From IMG/VR virus record IMGVR_UViG_3300042868_013143, positions 1 through 52,935 of that record: 52,935 bases of DNA. One strand, 5' to 3'. Position 1 is the first letter of the stretch; the number at the start of each line of letters is the position of its first letter. The position numbers and the translations under genes were made by a program. Below, in pieces: positions 1 through 10,586 of this stretch. This stretch comes from a virus (Duplodnaviria > Caudoviricetes). A model generated the notes under the pieces. That model had not been told where the DNA came from and ran no database searches. It saw only the letters and a program-made list of their open reading frames with translations.

Positions 1-1
1 T

Positions 2-1162
2 ATTAGACAAAAGGAGAAGGGTTTAGCTAAAGATCATCTACTTGGACTTATAGATAAATTGGAGTCTACTGAATTGACAAATCCAAATCATCTAAAAGAT
101 TCAGCTTATTATTTCTTCAAAGAAAGAAGTGTTAAAAATTGTTTATTTGAGCTAGTTAAGGATTGGAAGGGTCATAACTATGACTCTATGAAGGTTAAGC
201 TAGAAAATGCTCTTAAAGCAGGTGAGCCAAAAGAAACAGGTCACCATTACTTAAGAGATATTGAAAAAAGGCTAGAAAGAGATTTTAGAGCTCCAATTCC
301 TGCTATGTATGGTTTGGATAAATATATTGGCGGTGGTTTAGCAGGTGGTGAGATGGCTATCGTTTTAGCTCCTCCAGGTGGTGGAAAGTCTATGGCTTTG
401 GTTAAGATTGCATCTACGGCTTTATTAGAGGGTAAAAAGGTTATTTATTATACATTAGAGTTATCGGAAAAGGTTGTTGGGCAAAGATTTGATGCTTGTC
501 TAAATCAAATAAAGATAAAAGATGTTTGGGAATATCCTGATATCGTAAGAGAGAATGCTCAAGAGATAGATGATAAGGGCGGCCAGTTGGTTATTAAAGA
601 GTTTGCTACAGGTCAAGCTACAACCAATACAATAATGGCTCACTTAAGAACACTAGAGGCAAATGAGGGGTTTGTTCCAGATATAATCTTTATTGATTAT
701 GCTGACATTATGAAACCACTTGCTGTGTTCAGCGAAAAAAGACACTCGCTTACAAGTATTTATGAGGGCATTAGAGGTATTGCTGTAGAGCTTGGGATTC
801 CAATTTGGACTGCATCTCAAACCAATAGAGCAGGGATGAATAAAGATAAGTTTGGTCTTGATGCTATTGGTGAAGCTTTAGGTAAAGCAGCGACTGCCGA
901 TTTGGTTATAGGTATTGGTAGACCAGATGAAGTGAAGGTTGCAAACGAGGCCACTTTTGGTATTTTGAAAAACCGAAATGGATCAGATGGATTCTATCTT
1001 CCTGCGATTTTTGATACACATAAAATTTTTATTGAAATTTTACCCCCAGAAGAGTCTGTTATGATGCCTGGAAATCAAAAGTCAACCAACAAAAAAAATG
1101 AAAAAAAGAAGGACGATGATATAGAAAATATCAACGACATATTGATGGACAACGATTTTTAA
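2..1162 (+). CDS. dnaB: DnaB/T4 gp41-like replicative helicase (5' end truncated by the window)
   Basis: Walker A APPGGGKS, YYTLELS, IFIDYAD, WTASQTNR, KNRNG motifs; frame is open back to base 2. Confidence 0.9.
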   Translation: MRQKEKGLAKDHLLGLIDKLESTELTNPNHLKDSAYYFFKERSVKNCLFELVKDWKGHNYDSMKVKLENALKAGEPKETGHHYLRDIEKRLERDFRAPIPAMYGLDKYIGGGLAGGEMAIVLAPPGGGKSMALVKIASTALLEGKKVIYYTLELSEKVVGQRFDACLNQIKIKDVWEYPDIVRENAQEIDDKGGQLVIKEFATGQATTNTIMAHLRTLEANEGFVPDIIFIDYADIMKPLAVFSEKRHSLTSIYEGIRGIAVELGIPIWTASQTNRAGMNKDKFGLDAIGEALGKAATADLVIGIGRPDEVKVANEATFGILKNRNGSDGFYLPAIFDTHKIFIEILPPEESVMMPGNQKSTNKKNEKKKDDDIENINDILMDNDF

Positions 1163-1250
1163 AAAAAAGATAAATTTTATTTTTTTTGATTTTATTTATT
1201 TCTACACTCGTTAAATAATAATCAAACCTAAAATAAAAAATAAACAAAAA

Positions 1251-2219
1251 ATGAATGAAGTAAAAATGGAAGAACCGATTTTAAAATCAAACCCAGACAG
1301 ATTCGTATTGTTTCCAATAGTACACCAAGATTTGTGGGAGCTTTATGAAGAACAAGAGAAAGCAATGTGGACAGTTAAGGAGTTGGATATAGCTCAAGAC
1401 ATATCACATTGGAAAACTAAACTTACAGACAATGAAAGATTTTTCATCAAAAATGTATTAGCATTTTTTGCAGCTTCTGATGGAATAGTTAATGAAAATT
1501 TAGCTGTGAATTTCTTGAATGAAGTTCAGTATACAGAGGCGAAGTTTTTTTATGGACTTCAGATTCATATGGAAAATGTTCATAGCAATACTTATTCTCT
1601 ATTGATTGATACATATATCAAAGATACAAAAGAGAGAAATGAGTGCTTTAAAGCTATTGAATATATGCCACCTGTAAAGAAAAAAGCAGAGTGGGCTCTT
1701 AAGTGGGTTGAGTCAGAATCTTTTATTGAAAGACTTATTGCTTTCGTAGCTGTTGAAGGTGTATTTTTTTCAGGATCATTCTGTAGTATTTTTTATTTAA
1801 AGTCTAGAGGTTTGATGCCAGGTCTGTGTAGTAGTAATGCTTTTATTTCTAGAGATGAAGCTATGCATTGTGATTTTGCGATACATTTATTAAATAATCA
1901 TATTATAAACAAGCCATCAAAAGAAAGAATTAAGGAGATACTTTTGTCTGCTCTTGAAATAGAAAAAGAGTTTATCACAGAATCTTTGCCAATTTCTTTG
2001 ATTGGTATGAATGCTGACTTGATGAAACAATATTTAGAATATGTTGTTGATCAGTTATTGATTCAATTGGGTTGTGATATAGAATTTGGCTCAAAGCAAC
2101 CATTTGAGTTTATGAATCAAATCGCATTAAAATCTAAGTCTAATTTCTTTGAGAATAGACCGACTGAATATAAAGTAGCAGATTTAACTGGACCAATCAG
2201 TTTTGATGAGGAAATTTAA
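1251..2219 (+). CDS. nrdB: Ribonucleotide reductase class Ia beta subunit
   Basis: FFAASDGIVNEN, ENVHSNTY, VEGVFFSGSF, SRDEAMH diiron motifs. Confidence 0.97.
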   Translation: MNEVKMEEPILKSNPDRFVLFPIVHQDLWELYEEQEKAMWTVKELDIAQDISHWKTKLTDNERFFIKNVLAFFAASDGIVNENLAVNFLNEVQYTEAKFFYGLQIHMENVHSNTYSLLIDTYIKDTKERNECFKAIEYMPPVKKKAEWALKWVESESFIERLIAFVAVEGVFFSGSFCSIFYLKSRGLMPGLCSSNAFISRDEAMHCDFAIHLLNNHIINKPSKERIKEILLSALEIEKEFITESLPISLIGMNADLMKQYLEYVVDQLLIQLGCDIEFGSKQPFEFMNQIALKSKSNFFENRPTEYKVADLTGPISFDEEI

Positions 2220-2242
2220 CAAAAACAATAAATGATACAAAA

Positions 2243-4555
2243 ATGCAAGTAATAAAAAGAAACGGAAACAAGATTGATTTTAACCCTAGTAGAATACTAA
2301 CTAGAATTAAGAAACAGGCAGAGGGATTAAAAGTTAATGCAGACGAAGTGTTCATTAAGGTAACACAAGGTTTGGCAGATAACATGACAACAAATCAATT
2401 AGATGATTTGATTTCAGTGGTATCTGAATCATTGGCAATGAATCACCCTGACTATTCTAAGTTAGCAGCAAATATAGCAATTAGTAAACTTCATAAAGAA
2501 ACTGAGGATTCTTTTATGAAAGCGACTAAAAAAATGTACAATAGTGGTTTGTTAAGTGAGAATTATTACAATAAGGTAAAGGAGAATATTGATTTAATAG
2601 AGTCCGTGATTGATTATTCTAGAGATTACAATTTTGATTATTTTGGATGGTGCTCATTAAAGGATATTTATCTTTTAAAAACTGCCGAAGGTGTAGTTAT
2701 TGAGAGACCTCAACATATGTATGTGAGAGTTGCTTTGATGGTTACAGCAAATGCAAAAGACTTTAAAGAGAAATATAATGATTTGAGTTTTCAAAAAGAG
2801 AGCCCAGCAACACCAATTAAAATCAACATCGGTACAAATATTGGTCAAATTGCATCTTGTAATCTTTCTATAGTTCCTGATGATTCAACAGATGGTTTAT
2901 TGGATATGTTAGGAAGAATTTCAGTTTCTTCATCTAAAGCTGAAGGTATTGGATTGGCTGTTTCTAACATTCGTTCAAAAGAAAGCAATGTTGGTAAATC
3001 AGATGGTAAAGCAGGTGGTATTTTAAAATACTTAAAAGTTGTAAATGAAGCTTTAAGGTTTTGGAATCAAAGAGGTAAGAGACCAGGTTCTTGCGCTGTT
3101 TATATCGAGCCTTGGCATAAAGATGTGTTTGATGTTTTAGAAATCAGAAAAAAGACTGGCGATGAAACATTAAGAGCTCGTGATTTGTTTTCTGCACTTT
3201 GGATTCCAAATAATTTTATGAAAGCTGTGCAAGAGAGTGGTGACTGGTATTTGTTCTGTCCTAATGATATAAAAGTAGCTGGATTAAAACCTTTCTATGA
3301 AATATATGGTCAGGAGTTCGAAGAAGAATACAATAAAGCTGTTTCGCTTGGTATCGGAACTAAGATTAAGGCTCACGATTTGTGGATTAAAATATTAGAA
3401 TCTCAAATTGAAACAGGAATGCCTTATATGTGCTATAAAGATCATGCCAATGAGAAATCAAATCAGAAAAACTTTGGTGTAATTCATAGCTCAAATTTGT
3501 GTTCAGAAATTATGGAAGTAACCGATAAAGATACTACCGCAATTTGTACTCTTACTTCAGTTCCAATTCAGAAATTTGTTAAAAATAAAAAGTATGATTT
3601 TAAAGAATTGGGTAGAGTTGTACGCTCAATTACAAAATCTCTTAATGTTGCGATTGATGTAAATGAATATTCTACAAAAGAAGGTCGTAAGGGAGGTTTA
3701 GAGCAACGAGCTTTAGGAATTGGTATCCAAGGTTTGGCAGATGTTTTTGCTATGCTTAAATTGCCTTTTATATCTGAAGAAGCAAAGAAATTAAATAGAG
3801 ATATTTTTGAAACAATCTATTTTAACTCATTAAGACAATCTTGTGATATATCAAAGGAAACAGGTTTGACTTATGACCACTACGAAGGTTCTCCGATATC
3901 TAAAGGTATTTTCCAATGGGAAATGTGGGGATTGAAAGAAGAGGATTTAAGTGGTATGCATGATTGGGCTACACTTAGAGAAGATATTATCAAATATGGA
4001 GTAAGAAACTCTTTGGTAACAACTTGTCCTCCAACAGCTAGTTCTGCTCGTGTAATCGGATCTAATGAAGCTTTTGAGCCATTTACTTCAAACTTATATG
4101 TTCGTAAGGTAACGGGTGGTGAATTTGCTATGGTTAATAAACATCTTGTTAGAGATTTAGAAGAGGTAGGTCTTTGGAATAGAGATATTCTAAATGAGCT
4201 AATAAAAAATGAGGGTAGTATTCAAAACATACCTGTAATTAGTTCTGATTTGAAAGAGGTTTATAAAACGGTTTGGGAATTATCTCAAGGAGCTTTGATT
4301 ACTATGTCTGCAGAAAGAGGTCCATTTATTGACCAATCTCAAAGTCTTAATCTTTTCTTTGACACTCCAACTGTTGGTAAATTAAGTACAGCTCACAACT
4401 TAGGGTGGAGATTGGGTCTTAAAACTGGTCAGTACTATTTAAGAAGTCAGTCTGTTGAGATGAAGTCTAAGCATTTGGCGATTGATATGTCTACAGAAAA
4501 GAAAGTAGAAAGACCTGTTGATAGTCAATTTGAATGTTTTGGATGCAGTAGCTAG
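2243..4555 (+). CDS. nrdA: Ribonucleotide reductase class Ia alpha subunit with N-terminal ATP cone
   Basis: VIKRNG ATP cone, SNLCSEI, PTASS, DQSQSLN, YYLR, C-terminal CxxC. Confidence 0.97.
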   Translation: MQVIKRNGNKIDFNPSRILTRIKKQAEGLKVNADEVFIKVTQGLADNMTTNQLDDLISVVSESLAMNHPDYSKLAANIAISKLHKETEDSFMKATKKMYNSGLLSENYYNKVKENIDLIESVIDYSRDYNFDYFGWCSLKDIYLLKTAEGVVIERPQHMYVRVALMVTANAKDFKEKYNDLSFQKESPATPIKINIGTNIGQIASCNLSIVPDDSTDGLLDMLGRISVSSSKAEGIGLAVSNIRSKESNVGKSDGKAGGILKYLKVVNEALRFWNQRGKRPGSCAVYIEPWHKDVFDVLEIRKKTGDETLRARDLFSALWIPNNFMKAVQESGDWYLFCPNDIKVAGLKPFYEIYGQEFEEEYNKAVSLGIGTKIKAHDLWIKILESQIETGMPYMCYKDHANEKSNQKNFGVIHSSNLCSEIMEVTDKDTTAICTLTSVPIQKFVKNKKYDFKELGRVVRSITKSLNVAIDVNEYSTKEGRKGGLEQRALGIGIQGLADVFAMLKLPFISEEAKKLNRDIFETIYFNSLRQSCDISKETGLTYDHYEGSPISKGIFQWEMWGLKEEDLSGMHDWATLREDIIKYGVRNSLVTTCPPTASSARVIGSNEAFEPFTSNLYVRKVTGGEFAMVNKHLVRDLEEVGLWNRDILNELIKNEGSIQNIPVISSDLKEVYKTVWELSQGALITMSAERGPFIDQSQSLNLFFDTPTVGKLSTAHNLGWRLGLKTGQYYLRSQSVEMKSKHLAIDMSTEKKVERPVDSQFECFGCSS

Positions 4556-4611
4556 TAAATCCATTTTGAAATTTAAATTAGATTTATTAGATTTATTTAA
4601 AAATATAAATT

Positions 4612-4806
4612 ATGAAAAAACCAGAAAAAGACCAAAAGAAAAAATTGGCTAAAATCAAAAGAGGAAATAAAAGAACTCAAAGATTTAAAGAATCTAGAGA
4701 AGTTATTGCCAAAAGAAGAAAGCAAACAATGTTAGCAAAAGCGCTTAGACAGAAAAAAATGGATGAGCTAATGGATAAAATTTTGCAATCTAGATTTAAT
4801 CAATAA
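4612..4806 (+). CDS. Small basic hypothetical protein
   Basis: K/R-rich ORF between nrdA and a terminator. Confidence 0.6.
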   Translation: MKKPEKDQKKKLAKIKRGNKRTQRFKESREVIAKRRKQTMLAKALRQKKMDELMDKILQSRFNQ

Positions 4807-4810
4807 AAAT

Positions 4811-4836
4811 TAAGCCCCTCGTGGGCTTATTTTTTT
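4811..4836 (+). terminator. Intrinsic terminator
   Basis: TAAGCCC-CTCGT-GGGCTTA followed by a T run. Confidence 0.75.
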
Positions 4837-4870
4837 GTTTTTTCATATATTTATATAAAATAGTTTTATT

Positions 4871-5170
4871 GTGTCAAAAGATAAATTAAAAGTGTTAGCT
4901 GAAAAAATTGAGCAAGTTGTTAATGCAACTGCTGAAGCACAGGCTCAAAGAAAGAAGCCTGTTAAAGTTGTTTTTGATAAAAGCTCTTCAGCTCCTTGGG
5001 AAGTTATATTTTCCGAAAGAGGTTTTTTGGTAGGAGATACAAGATTATCTTTTGAGGAAATAAAAAATGCCTTATCTAAAAATTATCAAATTGTTTTAGA
5101 TGCAGGAAATGGTTTAGTGTTGGATGGAGTAAAAATGCAATCGATTTTAAAGTATGAGGATAGAGTTTAA
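4871..5170 (+). CDS. Hypothetical protein
   Basis: GTG-start ORF preceded by TATTTATA at 4848. Confidence 0.7.
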   Translation: MSKDKLKVLAEKIEQVVNATAEAQAQRKKPVKVVFDKSSSAPWEVIFSERGFLVGDTRLSFEEIKNALSKNYQIVLDAGNGLVLDGVKMQSILKYEDRV

Positions 5171-5425
5171 TTTAAGGGTATATAGATTAATTTATGGGTA
5201 AAAAGAAAGAAGTATTAAGGAGCGTATTTACAAACAAACAGAAAACTAATAAAAAAATAAAAATCACAAATTCTTTATTGGTTTCCCCCTTATATATTAC
5301 AGGGGTTTAATTTTTTATGCTGACAATCACATAAAAGATTTCTATTTATTATAATTTTTTTGTTTAAAAGAAAAAAAATAGTTACTTTTGTTGGCAGTCA
5401 TTGTTGGCTATAAACTTTACATATT

Positions 5426-5863
5426 ATGGATAATCAAGCAAAACAAGTATTACAAAAAGGTATATTGGGAGAGCAAGCGGAAAATCCCTACGCAAATGTA
5501 GGTGAGATGGTTCCTCAAGAACAGCCTGTTGATCATCAAGCGGCATTTGAAGCGCAAATGAAACAGGCAAAAGCTCAACCACAACCACAAGTTCAGAATG
5601 AGGGTCAAACATATGCATTTGAGCAAAATGGTACATATTGCAGAACTGGAAATTTTGAAAATGGCTTCATCGAAACTGATTTAAAAATAGTGAAACAGAA
5701 AGGTATTGAAGAAAGATGTGTTTCATTTACTATAATAACTCAGGCAGAAACGGCTGAATTATATGAGGAAAACAATTTAATATTGGTTAAAATGGAAATG
5801 CGCTCTGAAGAACAATTTAATAATTTCAAAAATTTTGTGGCAAATTTACAATGGAATGATTAA
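5426..5863 (+). CDS. Hypothetical protein with Q/P-rich N-terminus
   Basis: 145-aa ORF co-oriented with the sigma gene. Confidence 0.75.
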   Translation: MDNQAKQVLQKGILGEQAENPYANVGEMVPQEQPVDHQAAFEAQMKQAKAQPQPQVQNEGQTYAFEQNGTYCRTGNFENGFIETDLKIVKQKGIEERCVSFTIITQAETAELYEENNLILVKMEMRSEEQFNNFKNFVANLQWND

Positions 5864-5879
5864 ATAACAAACAAACATT

Positions 5880-6755
5880 ATGGCAGAAAAAACAAACAAC
5901 AATGATTGCAGTGTTAGTGGCAACAGCATTTCAATCAGAAATTATTTCAAAGACTTAAGGAAGTTAGATACAATATCTGGTGACGAACAAACTGATTTGG
6001 CAATAAAAGCTAAGGGTGGAGATCAAAGAGCTATGAATAGATTGGTGGAATCAAATTTAAGATTTGTCTTATCAATCGCAAAAGAATATTCATGGTCTGG
6101 AATTCCCTTAGAAGAATTGTCTAGTGAGGGTAATATCGGCCTTATAAAAGCAGTAGGCAAGTTTGATGAAACAAAAGGTGTAAAGTTTATATCCTACGCT
6201 GTTTGGTGGATAAGACAATCTATTATGCAGTCTGTATACGAAAACGGAAATACAGTAAGGCTTCCAATAAACAAGATAAACAACATAGGTAAAATAAATA
6301 AGGCATCGGATAAGCTTTATCAAAAACTAGATAGGGAGCCAACCATACAGGAAATTGTAGGGGCTACTGAATTGACAGAAAAAGAAGTGAAGATTTCTGT
6401 TAATGATGCAATGAGTTATGTATCAATAGATGATAAGATAAAGGAAGATTCAGATAGTGAAATAGGCGATTTCATTCCAGGGGAAACTATGGATGATATA
6501 GATAAAAAGATTAATCTTAATTCACTAAAAGAAGAAATAAATTCAGTTTTTGAAGATTTAAGCAACAGAGAAATACGTATATTAAATATGCATTTTGGTC
6601 TTAATGGATATCACGAAATGAGTTTAAAAGAAATTGGTGAAGAACTTGAGTTGACAAACGAAAGGGTTAGGCAGATTAAAGAGTTTGCTTTGAAAAAATT
6701 AAGAATGTATGGGAAGAGTTCTAAGTTAAAAGAATTTTTGAATTGTAAATTATGA
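5880..6755 (+). CDS. rpoD: RpoD/SigA-family sigma70 factor, Bacteroidota type (no region 1.1)
   Basis: LVESNLRFV, EGNIGLIKAV, KFISYAVWWIRQSI, TVRLP, region 4 LTNERVRQIKEFALKKLR. Confidence 0.93.
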   Translation: MAEKTNNNDCSVSGNSISIRNYFKDLRKLDTISGDEQTDLAIKAKGGDQRAMNRLVESNLRFVLSIAKEYSWSGIPLEELSSEGNIGLIKAVGKFDETKGVKFISYAVWWIRQSIMQSVYENGNTVRLPINKINNIGKINKASDKLYQKLDREPTIQEIVGATELTEKEVKISVNDAMSYVSIDDKIKEDSDSEIGDFIPGETMDDIDKKINLNSLKEEINSVFEDLSNREIRILNMHFGLNGYHEMSLKEIGEELELTNERVRQIKEFALKKLRMYGKSSKLKEFLNCKL

Positions 6756-7003
6756 TTTTTGCTTGCTATAGATTAATTGAAAATAAGCTTATGTCTGATG
6801 GGGTTGAAATCCCAAAAGACCAAAATTTATATTGTATTAAAAATGAAGACGACATTTTATTTTTGTTGTTTGAAAAAGAAGAAGAAAAAGCAATTATGTT
6901 TTGGGCACGCCTAGAAGAAGTGGCTTATGTATGTGATATTGAAAAAGATTTTGATTTTAATATTGATGATGTAATAAATGGTCAATATTTCAACTTGATT
7001 TGA
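6752..7003 (+). CDS. Hypothetical protein
   Basis: ATGA overlap with the sigma gene stop. Confidence 0.65.
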   Translation: MIFACYRLIENKLMSDGVEIPKDQNLYCIKNEDDILFLLFEKEEEKAIMFWARLEEVAYVCDIEKDFDFNIDDVINGQYFNLI

Positions 7004-7030
7004 TTTTTAAATACGATAGATTAATAATTT

Positions 7031-8518
7031 ATGGCAAAAAGAAATATAGTAAAGAAGTCTCAACAGCAGACTGCTCAATTAGATTTATTATCTGAAATTG
7101 ATAAGCAATCTTATACTCCAGAACAAAGAAAGTTTGTGGAGTTTGATGGAGAAGAATCTGTAATTTTAGCAGCAACAGCTGGCGCAGGTAAAACTTATAG
7201 TTGTGTGCAAAGAGTAAAGGAGTTATTAAAAAGGGGTGTGGATCCAAATAAAATAATATTCTTCAGTTTTACAAAAGCAGCGACAGAGGAGCTAAAAGGT
7301 AGAGTTGGGAATAAAGATATAAAGATTACTACAATACACGCTTTTTGCTATCACATATTAGCAACCACAGGAAAGTTTAAAGATATTGCTAGTTTTTATG
7401 ATTTCATCGAATGGTTCAAGGTAAAATACAAGCCAAATCATTTTGCTGACAAAGAAACTAAGGAGTTCTTCTATGACACCATTTCAACCTTATATGAAGA
7501 TGCTGAATTTATTTCATCTTCTATAGCATCTTTTAAGTTGCAATCTGCTGATGGAATAAAAGCAAAACTGCCTTCATACATCAACGAGTATAATAAGTTT
7601 TTACGTGAAAAGAAGTCAAGAGACTTCTCAGATATGCTTATTGAGGTTAGAGATATGTTTAAGGAAGATAAGTGGCTTAGAATGTTTAGAGGTAAGTATG
7701 ACTATATATTTATCGACGAGTATCAAGATACAAGTACAATACAACTTCAAATATTGCTAGCATTAAATGCAAAGTATTATTATTTAATTGGAGATAGAAA
7801 TCAATCAATATACGGCTATTCAGGGGCAAATTGTAGACTTCTTGAAAGTATGGTTAAGGGTAGAAGAAAAACTACTGAATTAAGCCTTTCTGTAAATTTC
7901 AGAAGTGATAAAGTAATTGTTGAAAATTCAAATAAGTTCTCATCATTAAAGGCTGTGGCTAATAGCAAAGAAGAGGGGTATATTGATGATAAGGTAATGC
8001 TTAAAATGGATGACCTAATAGAAGTATTAAAACTTCCTCAAGAGGTTGCTGTTTTGGTTAGAACAAACGATGTTATTAAAAAGTTAGAAAGACAGCTTCT
8101 TAAGAAAAAAGTTCCAATGAAGTATTTTAATTTCATCACAGAAAAAGATGTGGAAAACTTTGAGAAAGATGTTGTGACAGATGCTTTAAAAAATAAGCTG
8201 AAATTAGTTAGAGAGTTTTTTGATAATAAAGATGAAAATGTAATATCATTCATTAAAAGATATCAAGGAATGAATAAGTTTGTTACAACAATTCATAAAA
8301 GTAAAGGAAGAGAGTTTCACACTTGTGTTGTAGTAAATTCGATAGCGCCTGAACTATTGGAACAAAATCCAAATTTTCACAAACTAACAAAGAAGCAAGT
8401 TGCTCAAATTAGTTTTGATCCTGATGACGATGATGATGTGGAACCTAGAAATATTCATTATGTAGCTGTATCTAGAAGTAAGCATAAGTTATACTTTATG
8501 ATTTATATGACTAAATAA
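7031..8518 (+). CDS. UvrD/Rep-like superfamily 1 helicase
   Basis: ATAGAGKT, IDEYQD, GDRNQSIY, NFRS, TIHKSKGREF, YVAVSR. Confidence 0.93.
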   Translation: MAKRNIVKKSQQQTAQLDLLSEIDKQSYTPEQRKFVEFDGEESVILAATAGAGKTYSCVQRVKELLKRGVDPNKIIFFSFTKAATEELKGRVGNKDIKITTIHAFCYHILATTGKFKDIASFYDFIEWFKVKYKPNHFADKETKEFFYDTISTLYEDAEFISSSIASFKLQSADGIKAKLPSYINEYNKFLREKKSRDFSDMLIEVRDMFKEDKWLRMFRGKYDYIFIDEYQDTSTIQLQILLALNAKYYYLIGDRNQSIYGYSGANCRLLESMVKGRRKTTELSLSVNFRSDKVIVENSNKFSSLKAVANSKEEGYIDDKVMLKMDDLIEVLKLPQEVAVLVRTNDVIKKLERQLLKKKVPMKYFNFITEKDVENFEKDVVTDALKNKLKLVREFFDNKDENVISFIKRYQGMNKFVTTIHKSKGREFHTCVVVNSIAPELLEQNPNFHKLTKKQVAQISFDPDDDDDVEPRNIHYVAVSRSKHKLYFMIYMTK

Positions 8519-8545
8519 ATGTTTTTTGACTCTATTTATTAATAG

Positions 8546-8989
8546 ATGAAAAACGAGAAAGTCATAGCAGCGGGCGTTTTACCGATATGCACAAAGACGG
8601 GAAGAGTTATGTTGATTAGACGTGGCTTTAATCAACCACAACCTGGAACTTGGGCTACATTTGGTGGAAAGTATGAAAAGGGTGATGATTTAAACCCTAA
8701 AGATAACGCTATGCGTGAGTTCGTAGAGGAAAGTGGGTTTCATGGAAAGTTCAGAATATCCAACAAACCACTAGACGTATTAGATTCGAATCATTTGAAA
8801 TTTTACACTTTTGTGGGTCTATTTGATGAAGAGTTTATTCCAGATCTAGAAAAAGAGCAAGAGGCTGTCGATTATGGTTGGTTTTATTTAGGAGAATTCC
8901 CTGAAGACTTACATCCAGGCGTATCTGAAATGTTGGATAAAAGTAAAAAGACAATAGAAAATATTATTTGTTTTTTCCACAATAAATAA
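8546..8989 (+). CDS. NUDIX hydrolase
   Basis: Nudix box GG...AMREFVEESG. Confidence 0.88.
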   Translation: MKNEKVIAAGVLPICTKTGRVMLIRRGFNQPQPGTWATFGGKYEKGDDLNPKDNAMREFVEESGFHGKFRISNKPLDVLDSNHLKFYTFVGLFDEEFIPDLEKEQEAVDYGWFYLGEFPEDLHPGVSEMLDKSKKTIENIICFFHNK

Positions 8990-9002
8990 TTAGATTTGCT
9001 CT

Positions 9003-9248
9003 ATGAGTGATGAAAATTTTTATAAAGAGATTGACTTTATGTTTGAAAGTTATCTGTCCGCAAAAGAAGAGCAACTACAAGTAAGAATCAAAGACATTTC
9101 TAAAGATAAAATACTGAGTGATTCTGATATGAATTACTCAAAAGTTTTTTTTGATTCAGATCTCAATATATACAAGAAAACTATTGATGGTAAAATTGAG
9201 CTAGTAAACAGCGACAATTTTCAGGCTGTTGTCATAAAGATTGATTAG
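9003..9248 (+). CDS. Hypothetical protein
   Basis: ORF with TAGATTTG 4 nt upstream of the ATG. Confidence 0.65.
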   Translation: MSDENFYKEIDFMFESYLSAKEEQLQVRIKDISKDKILSDSDMNYSKVFFDSDLNIYKKTIDGKIELVNSDNFQAVVIKID

Positions 9249-9265
9249 TTGATATAAAAACAAAA

Positions 9266-9288
9266 AAGCTCTCGATTTGAGAGCTTTA
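9266..9288. terminator. Bidirectional terminator between convergent genes
   Basis: AAAGCTCTC-GATTT-GAGAGCTTT flanked by A and T runs. Confidence 0.75.
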
Positions 9289-9309
9289 TTTATTTTAAGT
9301 GGTTTGGTT

Positions 9310-10533
9310 TTATTTAGAAATTCTTCTGTAAACTTCTTCCATAATTGTATCCATATTGTCATTTACAAAAGATTCGAAAAGATCTTCTTCTGAGCTTGGG
9401 CTCAACAAGATTCTTCTAATTTCTTGATCAGCAGCTGAAGAATCAGATTCTTGAATTCCTTTTTTGTATGCGCTTATAAATCTAGCTATTTCTGTAAATT
9501 TATTTTTCTTGTCATGGATAAATTCAAGCCAGCTTTCAGGAAGACCATTGTCTATTCCTGTATCTTTCATAAGCTTGTATAATTTAGATGTAGGAGAAAA
9601 GTATAATTTTAACCAAGAAGTAAACTCATTTCTTATTTGTTTAATAGCTTTAGATAAATCACCTCCTTTTTGGATTGTTTTTCTATCTATTAAATCTTTA
9701 AGTATTTCATCATTTTGATATTTAGCAAAAGTTTCAGAAGGCTTCAATCCATCAAAATAATTTACAAAAACAAGTTTAATAAGCGGGTTTTTGAACACAA
9801 CGTTTCCATCTTCTATACGCTGTTTTATTGTGTCAAAAGTCTCTTTCAGCTTATCTGCAGAAAGTTGTCTAAGCAATTCATTTGTTTCAACATCTACGTC
9901 AACACCGCCTGATAAGTCAAACTTTCTATTACCTTCTTCGTCTGTTCCTGCAGAATCTAAGCTTTTGCCAATAGATTTACCTCCCTTTTTTTGAGTCGCT
10001 TGTGTTGCCACTTCTCCTCTTGCAGCGTTTAATATGTAAGTTCTAAATAAACTTCCTATACCAGTATCGCTATCAACATTATATTTATCAACAATTTCGT
10101 CAAATTTAACTGGATCCACCATTCTTTCAGTATAAGCACCTCCAAGAAAAACATCAAAATCTTCTGGATTGGTTAACTCAGCTTTTTTTCCTTTAACTGC
10201 ATTATCGTTAGAAATTATGGTATACATTTTTCTACTTCCAAAATTAGGGTCAGGATAGTAGAAAGTGCTTATAGCATCATGAATTTTTTTATTTCTTGAG
10301 CTCTTATATTCTTCTACTGCTTTTTCGATTAGGTAATTTTCTGTGTTTGAGTCTAAATCTCCAAAATAAATTTGTTTTGAACCTTTAATCCAAGGAGCGT
10401 ATAATGCTTCAGCTTTTTGCAATTCTTGAGGCGAAAGCTTTTGAGCTAAAGCTTCTGAAGACTCATTTATTAATTTATTTATAAAAGCAATTTTAAAGGC
10501 TTCACGTATTGTTCTTAATAAGATTTTCTCCAT
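9310..10533 (-). CDS. Divergent sigma70-like protein with 'LRTIRE' tag, putatively virion-associated
   Basis: Sigma-like segments in the right order: KFDEIVDKY..FRTYILNAARG (region 2), SLDSAGTDEEG (3.2), LIKLVFVNYFDGLKPSE (4.1); TATTTATT upstream. Confidence 0.5.
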   Translation of the reverse strand: MEKILLRTIREAFKIAFINKLINESSEALAQKLSPQELQKAEALYAPWIKGSKQIYFGDLDSNTENYLIEKAVEEYKSSRNKKIHDAISTFYYPDPNFGSRKMYTIISNDNAVKGKKAELTNPEDFDVFLGGAYTERMVDPVKFDEIVDKYNVDSDTGIGSLFRTYILNAARGEVATQATQKKGGKSIGKSLDSAGTDEEGNRKFDLSGGVDVDVETNELLRQLSADKLKETFDTIKQRIEDGNVVFKNPLIKLVFVNYFDGLKPSETFAKYQNDEILKDLIDRKTIQKGGDLSKAIKQIRNEFTSWLKLYFSPTSKLYKLMKDTGIDNGLPESWLEFIHDKKNKFTEIARFISAYKKGIQESDSSAADQEIRRILLSPSSEEDLFESFVNDNMDTIMEEVYRRISK

Positions 10534-10586
10534 AATTTGGTTTCGTTTTTATAATAAATAGTTTAAATTTTTGATTATTTACGTAT

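Noticed and set aside
5194-5310. 38-codon ORF ending in a CCCCT/AGGGG hairpin, as another attenuator
   Set aside because: No sensor-codon cluster, antiterminator or downstream tRNAs were found.
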